Notes under the pieces: model-generated
The model's input: only the letters and a program-made list of their open reading frames with translations
The model's database searches: none
Told to the model about the DNA's origin: nothing
Shown: in pieces, positions 23,897-36,520 of the stretch
How the letters are laid out: every line of letters begins with the position of its first letter
Position numbering within the stretch: position 1 is the first letter of the stretch
NCBI RefSeq assembly: GCF_030144855.1
Contig: NC_082727.1
Coordinates: 41,974,001-42,038,000, forward strand
Direction of reading: 5' to 3'
Origin: Hypanus sabinus
Lineage: Eukaryota
Length of the DNA stretch: 64,000 nt
Position numbers and translations under genes: made by a program

Positions 23897-25290
23897 TGTA
23901 GTGTATTTAATAATTCAGTAATATTTGAGTAACATTGTAAATATATTGTTTGATTAAGCATTCTGTGTTTACATAATTCATTATGGGTTATATGTAAGAA
24001 GTACATGAATGGCATATGTCATTTCGCCACTGCATCATATGTGTGCACCTCTCTAAAGTAAAACAAAATAGGCAAAACATCCCCTCTTCAGTGTTTCTTC
24101 TTTCAATTAGTTTCTGCAGTTACAAAAAGAACAATGGAAACAGTTAAGTCTAAAACTAAACCTGAGATAGCTATCTACCTGTTGAATTGCAACACACTTT
24201 TCTTCTGAAGTGGAGAGCGATGTCCAAGTTTTTAAAAAAGGCAGAAAATGGCCAAATTTAACAAGCAATGAGTATGGGTTCATAAACAGTGAGTACTAGG
24301 TGATAATATTAATAAATAAAAACAAGCAGAAGTGGCTGGCTACATCAGAAAGATAAATTCATCTGATTGCACAACAGATAATTAAATGTTTTATACTAAA
24401 CAACCTGAGCAGTATTTTGAAGCAAATGAAATAGCCAATGAAAAACATACAGTTAGAAGCAAAAGCTTGCTTAGATGCTTAACTGCTCCAACCAAACCAG
24501 CTGAAATGAGCTTTGCTGATAAAATGTAATGCAGGAACATTTAGAATCGAAAGCATTGTTGATTGCAGAATGATTTAAGTTTCATAAGTGGAATCAAAGT
24601 GAATGAGAGTCCATTTCATCTTATGTAGCTGAAATGAAGAAATTATTTGAGCATTGTCAATTCAGTAATGGGCTTAATGATGCTCTGAGTGATCATTTAG
24701 TTTGTGGAATCTTACAAGAAATGATTTAGAAATGACTCCGAACTGAAGCACAACTCACACTTAAAAGAGCAGTTTGCAGTCAGGAATGAAAGTGAGCATG
24801 AACAAAATTTCAATGTTTAAATAGAAACGTGCCTGGCTGAACAAATTATGTTAGCATGTGGCAGGGCCTCATATACACCAGGCCAATGCAGGTTTAAAAG
24901 CAAAACTGCTAGAAAATGCAAGAAAAGACACATACAAAGAGAATGTTGGGCAGACAAAAATAAATGGAAATCACAGGGAAGAGAAAAAAGTAAAAAGTTA
25001 CATTTTCATAAAAGAAACTAATCTGCATGCTGTTCATGAAAAATCTGATAATGATAAGAGTGACACAGGAATGGTAGCCTTGAGATTTAAAATGCAAAAA
25101 TGAACAGGAGGCAATCAATAAGACTTGCATCAGAAGTGAACAGCAAATTAATTAAAATAGAATTGGACAGTGGCTCGGCTGCTTCAGTCATTCCTGCAGA
25201 TGAAGATAGAAGAAGAGCCCAAACTGTTTCTCACCATTAATACTCATTAAGGGCTATATCATTATAACAGGTTTATATTTGGAGTGAGGA
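23897..25290 (+). mobile_element. Degenerate Ty3/Gypsy retrotransposon: 5' LTR, gag, protease and an RT remnant
   Basis: LTR at 23897-~24133. Gag motifs YFEANEI, ESISSYVAEMKKL.EHCQF and DHLVCGI, a decayed Zn knuckle, protease ELDSGSAASVI, and RT motif LTINTH*GLYHYNRFIFG at ~25220-25280. Many stops and frameshifts. Confidence 0.82.
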
Positions 25291-25299
25291 GGCTTTCCA

Positions 25300-26990
25300 A
25301 AAGACAAAGATGGCTCATGGACCTCTGACTTCTCTCTCCTGTAATCAATAATCAGCTCATTAATCTTGCTGACATTGAGTGAGAAGTTGTTGTAATGGCA
25401 CCACCCGGCTAAATTTTCAATCTTCCTCCTGAATCGTCACCAACTTTGATTCGGTCTATGACAATGGTGTCATCAGCAAACTTAAATATGACATTGAAGC
25501 TGTGCTTAGCTTCACAGACATAAGGATAAAATGAGTAGAGCTGGGAGCTAAGCACACAACCTTGTGGTGCACGTGTGCTGGTGATGTGCTGATGAAGATT
25601 CTGGAGGAGATGTTGTTGCAAATATGATCTGACTGGGGTCTGCAATTGAGGAAATTGAGGATCCAGTTGCACAAGATGGTGTTGAGGCCAAGGTCTTGAA
25701 GCTTATTGATTAGTTTTGAGGGGATGATTGCATTGAGTGCTGAGCTGTAGGCATCCTGATGAATGGTTCTTTGTTGTCCAGGTGTTCCATTGTTGAGAGA
25801 AAGCCATCCGCTGTGGATCTGTTGCTACCGGTAGGCAAATTGGAGCAGATTGAAGTTTTCAGGCAGAAGTTGATATGTTTCATCACCAACCTCTCAAAAC
25901 ACTTACTTACAATGGACGTAAGTGTTAATGGATGATAGTCATTGAGGCAGATTACCATGCTCTTCTTAGGCATTGGTATATTTGAATCCTGTTTGAAGCA
26001 GTTGGGTACTTTAAGACTGCCAAATCAAGAGGTTTAAGATTTCAGTGAACACTCCAGCTAGTTGATCATTACAGGTCTTTAGTACTCAGTCAGCTGCACT
26101 TTCTGGGCCAGATGCTTTCTGTGGGTTTACCTTTCTAATGGGCATCAACTATGGAGACTGAAATCAGGACTCAGTAAGTTTGTGAAGGTGCCTCCACATT
26201 TTAACAGTCAAAGCAAGCATAAAAGGCACTGGATTCATTTGGGAATGAAAAGATCGTCACCGATGTTGCTTGGTTTCACTATGTAGGAGGTGATAACATT
26301 CAAGCCCTCCACAGCTATTGAGCATCCTTCAGTGATTATATTTGGTGCAGAGTTGTCACTTTGCAGAGCTAGCTTTCTGGAGGTCGTACCTATACCTTTT
26401 GTATTTTACTTGGTCACCAGACCTGAATGCCACTGATCTGGCCCTCAGTAGATTGTGGATATCTTGGTTCATCTGGGGCCTTTAACTGGGGAAGACTGAA
26501 TGATTTTGTGGGGGCACACTAGTCTCCGACTATTTTTATAAAGTCCGTGATGACCGTGGTGTATTCATTCAGATCCTCTGATGACTCTGTGAACACAACC
26601 CAGTCCACCGACTCAGAGCAATACTGTAGTCACTCCTCTGCCTCCTTCATCCACCCCTTTGTTGTCTTTGTATCCAGAGTCTTGCTCTTTAGCCTCTGCC
26701 TGTATGCAGCCAGATGGTCAGGTTTCCTGAAATGTGGTCTAGAGATGGAGAGGTAGACATTCCTAATCATAGTATAACAGTGGTTGAGTGTGTTGGGACC
26801 CATTGTGCTACTGGTGGTATGTTGATGATAACTGGGCAGAGATTTCTTCAAACAAGCCTGATTGAAATCCCTGACAATGTTTTGAAAGGCATGGAGATAA
26901 GCTGTTTCTTGTTTGCCAATCACAGCACTCAATACCTACAACTTGCCTAACATCAGCCTCTAGACGATGGTCAGGAACATGGAGAACTCC
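25300..26990 (-). mobile_element. Rex/Babar-type LINE with internal deletions (EN and RT remnants)
   Basis: PQGCVLS, FKFADD and CLNDYHPLTLTSIVSKCFERL motifs. EN-like DFNQACL and PHFRKPDH at 26630-26932. Confidence 0.85.
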
Positions 26991-26999
26991 CTTGGTAAG

Positions 27000-27200
27000 T
27001 AGAACAGGTGACACTTAATAATTAGGTGTGGAGTCAATAATGTAGCGCACATATGGTAAGGAACTAGTAGTCAGTGGGCAGAAACCCATGTGGTCACAGG
27101 GAGAATGTGCAATCTTTGCATAGACAGCAGTCAAGGTCAGCATGGAACATGGAGCTGTGAACCTGTTTGACAGCGGTACCAACCATTGTGCCACCACTGT
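27000..27200 (-). mobile_element. tRNA-derived SINE
   Basis: Reverse complement of the SINE head and core (aaacccatgtggtcacagggagaatgtgc...ccattgtgccacc). Confidence 0.7.
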
Positions 27201-27609
27201 CAGCTGTACTGTGTTGTCACATGTGAAAGCAATCCTTTCTTGCAAATATTAATTGAACATTTTTGACATAATCATTTCCAAAGCCCTTTTCTGCTGGTTG
27301 GTGCTGAATTTCTAATTTTGTTTGGTGCTACTTTGTGTTCTGTCTCTGCCTCACTTTCACGTCCATTCCACAAGCCGCAGTTTACCAGACTTTCTTCTGA
27401 TGTTGCTTTAACAAATGATGAATTGTGAATAGGTATTACCTGTTTCTCTACTCCGTGCCTTTTGAAAATAAAGAATCGAGAGGACATTCTGTAGCCCTGG
27501 TTTCAACTTCATTATTTTCGAGTACCTTTGTTTATGCATTTATTTCTCCTGTCAAAGATGGTAACTAATGCCCTGAAGATTCAAACCACCTATTTGGTCT
27601 ATTATCTTA

Positions 27610-27735
27610 AGCACAAGTGATTCTGCAGATGTTGAAAATCTTGAGCAACACACACAAAATGCTGGAGGAACTCAGCAGGTCAGGCAGCATCTATGAAGGG
27701 CATGCTGACTTCCTCCAGCACTTTGTGTGTGTTTC
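27610..27735. repeat. Short inverted-repeat derivative of the Penelope-like terminal sequence
   Basis: 30-bp arms at 27648-27677 and 27703-27732 are reverse complements at 28/30 positions. Confidence 0.8.
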
Positions 27736-28725
27736 ATCATGCTTTAAGAAATTGCAGACACACAACACAGAGGTACTTGCATGGCAATAGGCACTACCTG
27801 GTGAGTTACTAAATGGAATGCTCAAACACAGGGTGGTACGGACAGTAGTCACAACTAATTAGATCAATACAGTAGGTTTGTGTTGAAATTTTTATAGATA
27901 CCCTGTATGTGTATGTCAGTCACAGAAAGAAAGATCAAAAGACAAATTGTGGAGAAATTCAGTGGGCCAGGCAACATCTGTGAAGACAAAGGGATGGTCT
28001 TTGATATTTCAACATCAATAGATTCTTATGTAGTTCAATTATCAGCATATATCAGCTTTGAGTTATCTGTGTCATTCATTTTTTAACAGGAAGTGTTTGA
28101 GAGTATTCTGGGGCAGGTGAACGACTGACCATAGTCAAAGTCCTCTGGTTTAATACAGGTGGCAAAAGAGATTTTTGTTTACAATATTCTTCGCAGCACT
28201 CTCAATCTCAGGCTTTATGTGGCGCTTAACCCTAATTTGTTTCATGGGCAATGGGCAAAGCTGTTGGGACAAGGTTTCTTTTGCCCAAAGAACTGCATTA
28301 AATTCAGAGGCCTTTGACAAATAAAGTTAATACAGTGGATTGTCACAGTAAAAAGAAAGAGTTGTAACTGGTGCCAGGATATCAGTGCTTGATGGTAACT
28401 ATGGTGACTATATGCCCATGGTGGCATATCTGCTGTACATGATTGTCAGTGATAAATGATGGTGAGCATGCAAAGCAGTGAGCTAGAGTTCAGCAGAGGG
28501 AGGTTGGCATGCAGATGAAATTCTTACTCACTCATCCTGAATGGAGGAAAGGTGAATAGTTCTCTTGGTGCATGGATCCTTTGTGACCTCCCTGTTTCAA
28601 TAGTGCATTTTAAATTGTAAGACATTAATGTCGCCTGTTGCTATCTTAATGGAGCCCATATAAAGTTTGGTGATCCTCAACTTGTCATTTCACATGACAG
28701 TGGGAGAGGCTTTTGGAAGCCTCTG

Positions 28726-28727
<2 letters not shown>

Positions 28728-28783
<56 letters not shown>
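28728..28783 (+). repeat. (CT)28 microsatellite
   Basis: Uninterrupted CT run, read directly. Confidence 0.97.
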
Positions 28784-28788
<5 letters not shown>

Positions 28789-29250
28789 GAAGGTTACAGA
28801 GAGTTTGCTGAATTCAAGTTAGCAACACTGCAAACTGTAAAATCGAATCAGCGTGCTGTCGGCCTCCCCTCTCGCTGTGGCCAAAGTGACATCTCTCTCT
28901 CTCGCCGTCTCTTGCTCGTGAGAGAGGGAGCATGTTGAGATGTCGAAGTGTAAGGATGGACAGTAATTTTTGATGCATTTTAGATCATGGTTTCTGGAGG
29001 GGGGGCTTGCTTTTGCATTATGGGTGGTGGGAGGGCTGATGCTTTTGCAGAAGTGAGTGGGGGGAGGGGGAGGGGAGGGCTGATACTTTTGCTGTTGCTT
29101 GTACTGGGAAGGGAGGGGCTTCTAATGTTTGTTCCAACATTTTTCTGTCATTCATTCTTTGGGGTTTTTTTTGGGATGCCTGCGAAGAGTAAGGATTTCC
29201 GCTTGTAAACTGGATACATTCTCTGATATTAAATTGAACAGTTGAACCAT
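28784..29250 (+). mobile_element. Probable LINE 3' UTR remnant
   Basis: G-rich tracts and a tail gatattaaattgaacagttgaacc similar to Rex/L2 tails. Confidence 0.5.
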
Positions 29251-32039
29251 TAACTAATACAAGTGATTAGCTGATTTCAGACAGCCATCGTAAGCAACCA
29301 CCTTCTTATTAAAAGACAGGCCCACTCATCTTCATCCTGTTTTCCTCCTACACCTACTCCCCACCCCCAGCTCCATTGCACTCTAACAATTCCATTTCCC
29401 TCCTTCAGTGATGTTGTTAGCCTTCCAAAGTGAATGTTAACAATTAGAATGAGGAGAAATATTAATTGTCTGCATTTCAATTTGTGGCTTCCTAGTCTTA
29501 GAAATTAAAATATTTGCCTTGCAGTTATAGTGAATTAGCATAGACCTTTACTTCCAATAAAACATAAGTAAGGTAATTAGTTGACCTCAGATGTTAGCTT
29601 GTGTTTTTCTTAGTTAATGAAATATCATTACATGCAGAAAAAGACATTATACTCTCTCACATGCTTCTCTTTCACCCCGTGCCATCTAACCTTCTTTCAC
29701 TCTCTTACGTGACACAAATCTCCTTTTCTTTAATTGCTTAACATTTAGAGAGCACTAAATAAAGGTGACACAACACAGTAAATTAGGATAATTTTTTTTT
29801 CCTTTCTTGTCTTCTCTGTTATACAGACTCGCAAAGCTTTTATTTCCACTTAAGCAGGACATTTAATAGCTCAGCTCGGGCATGAAATTTGACCCTTTGC
29901 TTTTCTTGATATAGCTAACAGAAATGCAACTTTCCAGAAATGTTTAGGTATGCTGCAAACCTGTCTATGGAAAATCTCAAATTCCGCTCACGGCCCTGAG
30001 TAAAACAAGGGAAGTTGGGTGTTTCTTCCTTTTCCTGTAGACTCTTTTGGAATTCACTCCATTTTCTGTTTACAACCCTTCAAAAATTAAGCATCATTAT
30101 TTACATTTCCCAGATTTTTGGAGAGGGTGAGGCTTTTAAATAAGAAAGAAACTGTAGTACCTTTGATGAATGTAATCACGCTATTGTGAATTGATGATTG
30201 TTTTGATTTTGCGTAAATCTTAGTCTTGTAGAAGTTTCAGGCAGCAAGGAGGATTAAATCACTGTTTGGATGTATTCTGAACTACTTAGAAGCCAATAGT
30301 CGGAGCCTAAGGCCAGGGTCCTGAATGTGCAAACAGTTTGTTGAATTCACTGTGGTGCTTCTTAACAAGTTAATAATTTATAAAGCTGACACAAAAATGT
30401 GACAACCGAAAGTAAAATACAATGCATTACATTTTGATTTTTACAATTGTAAGCAACGATGCATCAGAGGAAGGTATGTCCATGGGCTCCATTTGCCTAA
30501 TCAAATTTCTGCTCATTACTTGGCTTTCTGCTATGCCACTCCTACATTGCTGTTTATTTTAATTTGATTTTGTCCCATTTATTAGTTCTGTGCCAGCGCT
30601 TCTCAGGCTTAACTTTCCTTGGTGTTAGCTCATTACTATATTTAGTTTTGTGTTTCTTCACATGAGGCTTGTTAACAGAAATTTCTGGTACTGCAAGTGA
30701 TGTATTACAAATTCACTCATGACCACAGAAGTTATGAGTAAGAGAAGAGAGAGCTTTTCATTTTATGTAAGATAATGGTCAATGCACGAATGATAACAAG
30801 TTCATTTCCTTATGTAAAGGTGTCTGCTGTAGCAGATGGAAGTTCTTCCATTCATGTGTTATCTAACTAATCCATCTGCCATTGCACAAACTTTTTAATT
30901 AGTGTGAATTATATTACAAGTACAGTGCTCTGAAAGTTTATGTACAATCTACTGCAGTGTGATGTATATGGCCATCAGTGACGTGAAACACACAGAACTA
31001 TTTGAGGAAGCTAAAACAGAAGCAACTAACAAACTAGATTAATGAACTACCTCAGAACTATGGAGCTGAAAAATTAAGCAATACCAGTGGTTCTTTTGAT
31101 GAGCGTAAAACATTTAATACAGCACCATAGATACATGAAATCATGTTTGTGGAGCACAGATCAGCAGGAATTTACATTTCAGTCATTTTCCCCCTTCCCT
31201 TCTCTCTTTTCTATTCCCCACTCTGGCTCTCCTCTTACCTCTTCACTTGTCCTTACCTATCACATCCCCCTGGTGCCCCTCCTCCTTCCCCTTCTCCTAT
31301 GGACCACTCTCCTCTCCTAACAGATTCCTCCTTCTTTAGCCCTTTAGCTATCACATTATCACCTCTCAGCTTCTCATATCATCCACCCTTGCCCACCCAC
31401 CTGGGTCCCCTATCACCAATGTTCCCTCTAAAGTCTGTACGTCTCCTGCTGCTAGCACAGAGAGGAATTTAAACTGCGCACAAGAGGTTGTCTCCCCTCT
31501 ACCTCGTTGGTATGCTAAGTATATTTCACGATCGTACCCAATCTCATTTTCTTTCCCAGCTTCTGATGCTGATGGTGTTGGTAACATAGACTTTGTGATG
31601 ATTTGTCTGCAGGTTTTATTACTGGCTTATCTATGCTGTATTTATAGAAGAAATTTTTGATTTCACCATGTTGAATTTCAAAGAAGCAAAGAGCATGAAG
31701 TGCAAACGAACTGATAGTTCATTTAAAGTGGAATGGCCGAATGAAACGATGAAATTGCAAACACCGAAAGCTCATGAGTTCAGGAAGTGCAGTACACAAT
31801 ATATTCATGTACAGTACGGAAACTGGTGTTACCTGCATGTATTGCCAAGATGCAAAGTTGCTGGAGACTCATAAATGAGTGTTATTTTAATTCTTTTAAA
31901 CAACAAACAACAAACTGGACTTGGTAGTTTATTATCCTTAGAATAGCTTGAAGTTTACTTCCACTTAAAAATTCAGTATGCTCATCACTGGGCAAAAAAT
32001 AGCACAGCACAAGATTTTTGGGTACACTGGTCACTACAA

Positions 32040-32230
32040 GTTATTGGGAACGTTGCCTATCACCTTCTAGCTTATACTCCTTCCACTCCTCCCCCAACCT
32101 TCTTATTCTGGCTTTTTCCTCCTTTGAATTCAGTCTTGATGAAGGGTCTCAGCCTAAAATGTTGACTGTTTATTCCTTTCCATAGATGCTACCTGACCTG
32201 CTGAGTTACTCCAGTATTTTGATTGTGTTA
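32040..32230 (+). mobile_element. Penelope-derived repeat with a hammerhead remnant (32131-32168)
   Basis: cagtc-TTGATGA-agggtctcagcct-AAAA-tgtt-gactg: perfect stem I with two core substitutions. Terminal agatgctacctgacctgctgag. Confidence 0.75.
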
Positions 32231-32633
32231 CAATATAAATTTACCCTGATTTTCCATGAAGTTAGAAGATATGCAGGGCCTCATTAACAATTTTGATTAT
32301 GGGTAATTAAATTTGTATCTTCCTATTGTTGCACGTTTACTTCCCACTGGATGTGGTAGTATAATTTTAGCATTACAGGACTAGCATCCAGAGGTCTGGA
32401 CAATTCATCTGTAGACATGAGTTTGAATCCCTTTAAAGCAATTGGGAATATATGTCAAGTAATGACATAAATCTGGAGTAAAATGCTGCAATCAGTAACA
32501 AATGAAGAAGAGCCAATAATATTGGTGATATTGCAGAGTTTGGCAGCAGATGCTGTGCAATTTGGAGAAAATACTTGGTTTAGTTTGTGTTTCATCCTGT
32601 GCAGATTGCGGATAATTTTCTAAAGAAATAATT

Positions 32634-35600
32634 ATATCATAAGACCATAAGATCATAAGACATAGGAACAGAATTAGCCCATTTGGCCCAGTGAGTCTGC
32701 TCCGGCATTTAATCTTTGCTGATCCAATTTTCCTCTCAGCCCCAATATCCTGTCTTCTTCCCATATCCCTTCATACCCTGACCAATCAAGAATGTATCAA
32801 CGACTACCTGAAACATACATAAAGACTTGGCCTTCACAGCTGCCTGTGGCAAAGAATTCCACAAACTCACCACACTCTGGCTAAAAAAATTCCTCCTTAT
32901 CTCAATTCTAAAAGCAAGTCCCTCTATTCTGAGGCTGTATCCTCTGGTTTTAGACTCTCCCACCATATGAAACATCATCTCTATATCCACTCTATCAAGG
33001 CCTTTCACCATTCGATAGGTTTCAATTAGGTCACCCCTCATTCTCTGAATTCCAGTGAATACAGACCCAGTGCCATCAGAAGTTCTTCATATGACGAGTC
33101 ATTCAATCCTGTAAGCATTTTTTGTGAATCTCCTTAGAACCCCCTCCCGTTTCAGCACAACCTTTCTAAGATAAAGGGCCCAAACTGCTCACTATACACC
33201 AAGTGAGGCCTCACCAGTGCTTTGTAAAGTCTCAACATTCCATCACAAACAAGAGAAAATCTGCAGATGCTGGAAATCTGCGAAACACACACAAAATGCT
33301 GGAGGAACTCAGCAGGCCGGGCAGTGTCTACAGAAAAAAGTACAGTCAAAATGAATGCTAACATTGCATTTGCCTTACTTACTACAGACTCAACCTGCAA
33401 ATTAACCTTTAGAGAATCCTGTAAAAGGACTCCCAAGTCCCTTTGCACCTCAGTTTTTTTTAATTTTTTCTCCATCTAGAAAATAGTTAACCCTTAGTTA
33501 ACCCTTTTATTTTTTCTACCAAAGTGCATGACCATACATTTCCTGACACTGTATTCCCTCTGCCATTTCTTTCCCATTCTTCTAATCTAAGTCCATCTGT
33601 AAACTCTCTACTTCATCAAACTACTTGACAAACACCTACCTTCATGTCGTCTGCAAACTTTGCAACAAAGCTGTTCATTCCATTATTCAAATCATTTTTC
33701 ATATAACGTAGGAAGAATTGATCCCAACACAGACCTCAGTTGAACACCACTAATCACTGGCAGCCAGTTAGAAAAAGCTTCCTTTATTCCCACTTTCTGT
33801 CTCCTGCCAGTCAGTCACTGTTTTATCCATGTTAGAATCTTCCCTGTAATACCATGGGCTCCTAGCTTGTTAAGCTGCCTCAAGGTGTAAGCACAAGGTG
33901 TGGCACCTTGTCAAAGGCTTTTTGAAAGTCCAGGTATGCAACATCAACCAATTCTCCATTGTCTATCCTCCTTGTTACTTCTTCAAAGAATTCCAACAAA
34001 TTTGTCAGGCAAGATTATCCCTTGAGGAAACCATGCTGACCATGGCCTATTTTATCATGTGCCTCCAAGTACCCTGAGACCTCATCATTAATGATTGACT
34101 CCAACATCTTCCCAACCAGAGGTCAGACTAACTGGCCTATAGTGTCCTTTCTTCTGCCTTTCTCCCTTCTTGGAGTGACATTTGCAACCTTCCAGTCATC
34201 TGGAACCATTCCAGAATCTAGTGATTCTTGAAAGATCATAACTAATATCTCCACGATCTCTTCAGCCACCCTGGCGTGTACACCATCATCCTTGCCGGTG
34301 TTCTTTTCCAATCAATTCTGGCCAAGTCCTCTCTCATGTCTCTGTTATTCCCTTTACTCCACTGTAATACTGATACATCTGACTTTAGCATCTCCTTCTC
34401 AAAATTGAGGGTGAATTCAATCTGATTATGATCACTTTCCCTTTAGGGTTCTTTTACTTAAACTTTTTAATCAATTCTGATTCATTGCACAAAACCCAAA
34501 CCAGAATAGCTGACCCTCTAGTGGGCTCAATCAGAGCTGCCGTAAAAAGCATCTCATAGGCATTCTAGAAAATCCCCTCCTGTAATCCAGCACCAACTAG
34601 ATTTTTCCAGTCTGTCTGCATATTGAATTCCCCCAGGACTACTATAACAGTATCCCTTTGGCATGCATTTTCTATCTCCCATTGTAATTTGTCGGCCATT
34701 TCCTTACTACTATTTGGGGGTCTGTATACAACTCCCATAAGGGTCTTTTTACCCTTCCAATTCCTTACCTCTATCCACAATGATTCAATAACTTCCGAAT
34801 CTATGTTACATCTTTCTAATGATTTGATTTCATTTCTACTCTCTGCTTCCCTGCCTATCCTTTTGATACTGTGTGTGTCCTTGGACATTAAGCTTCCAAC
34901 TGTAATCTTCTTTCAGCCGTGATTCAGTGATGCCTATGACATCATACCTGTCAGACTGCAACTGTGCTGCAAGCTCATCTACCTTATTCCGTATATTACG
35001 CACCTTCAAATACAACACCTTCAGTTCTGTATCCATCTGCTTTGCAAGTCATCCTGCTAACTGCAATTTTGCCCCATCAGCAGCCTCGCCTCATTACACA
35101 TCGCCTCTGTTTATAAACCAGCTGCCTCATCTTCAGCACTATCCAATGATACTTCTTGCATTGAAATATAGGCAGATCAGAACACTACTCCCTCCATGCT
35201 CAACCTTTTGATTCCTCACTCTCTGTGAGGTCTTACCAACATCTGTCTCCACAATCTCTCCAGTAACTGTCTGGCACTCTGGATCCCATCTCCCTGCAGC
35301 TCTAGTTTAAACCCCGCCATGCAGCATTAACAAACCTTTGCTCTAGGATGTTAGTCCCCCTCCAGTTCAGGTGCAAACCATCCCTTCTGTACAGGTCCCA
35401 CCTTCCCTGGAAGAGAGCCCAATGATCCAAAAGTTTTATGCCCTTCCTCCTACAACAACTCCTTAGCCAAATATTAAAATGTATAATCTTCTTAGTGCTA
35501 GCCTCACTAGCATGGGTAGCAGTCCTAAGATCATAACCCTGGATGTCCTGCCCTTTAACTTAGCACTAAACTCCCTGAACTCCCTATGTAGAACCTCATC

Positions 35601-36520
35601 ACGTGTTCTACCCATGTCATTTTTACATATATGGACCTCGACATCTGGCTGTTCACCCTTCCACTTAAGAATGCTGACGACTCAGTCTGAGTTGTTGTGG
35701 ACCTTGGCACCTTGGAGGCAACAGACCATCTGGAGATCTTGGTCTTGCCCACAGAACCTCCTATCTGTTCCCCTAGTACCACAGTGTGCCTCTTCTCTCC
35801 CCTTCCTTTTTGAGTCACAGAGGCAGACTCAGTGCCAGAGACTTTCTCACTGTGACTTTCCTCTGTTAGGAACTTGAACCTACCCCCTACATATCCAAGG
35901 AGATATACCTGTTGTTAAGGAGAATGGCCTCAGGGGTACTCTATACTCCTTAACCCCTTTCCCCTTCCTGACTGTCACCTTGTATGTAAATACCTCTCTA
36001 TGTATCCTATCTATCACCCTTTCAGTCTCCTGAATGACCCAGAGTTCATCCAGTTCCAGCTCCAACTGCTTAACGCAGTTTGTTAGAAGCTGCAGCTGGA
36101 TGCACTTCTCGCAGTTGTAATCGTCAGGGACACTGGAGGTCTCCCTACTTTCCTATATCCCACAAGAGGAGCACTTAACTAGCTTGCTTGTCATCCCTAC
36201 TGTCCTAGCTGAGCAGATATAAAGAGAACAAAAAAGAGCTTTCCTTTCCTTTGGTTTCTCTGAGTGAAGCTTCTCTTCTCTGAAGCCTTGAAGAGCTAAA
36301 GCCTTAAGATCACCACTCTGACTATGTCCACTCACACTATGCTTTCCCTGCCTTCCTTTAATTTGCTCTTACTCATCAATTCCAAATGTCGATTGACCAC
36401 TGGTCGAATCTCTATTATGCTGCTATGACCCGCTCCTGCCTTTTATCCTTAGGCAGTGGACCTGACTGAAGTCCCCTTCTCTCCGAACTTCCGCTGTCCA
36501 GATTGGGTGCTGGTCAAGGC
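32634..36520 (-). mobile_element. Decayed, internally deleted CR1 LINE retaining 5' UTR, ORF1, EN, RT and tail
   Basis: ORF1 start MTSKLVKCSSCGI (ATG at 36192-36194). EN motif GVVYRPPNS, RT entry VPDDWKVANVTP, C-terminal RRNFFSQ. (cataaga)n tail at ~32640. A Penelope-type insert sits at ~33242-33345. Confidence 0.88.

Noticed and set aside
27272-27487. Minus-strand ORF ending SRKGLWK, faintly like the OPALIN C-terminus (RRRGLWW); OPALIN neighbours DNTT in mammals
   Set aside because: Similarity is limited to three or four residues. No transmembrane or other OPALIN-like exon was found upstream, and the DNTT 3' exons that should precede it are absent.
31668-31874. 68-aa ORF preceded by EEIFDF, resembling TdT last-exon EEIFAHL
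   Set aside because: Only EEIF matches. No LGLxYIxPxERNA follows.
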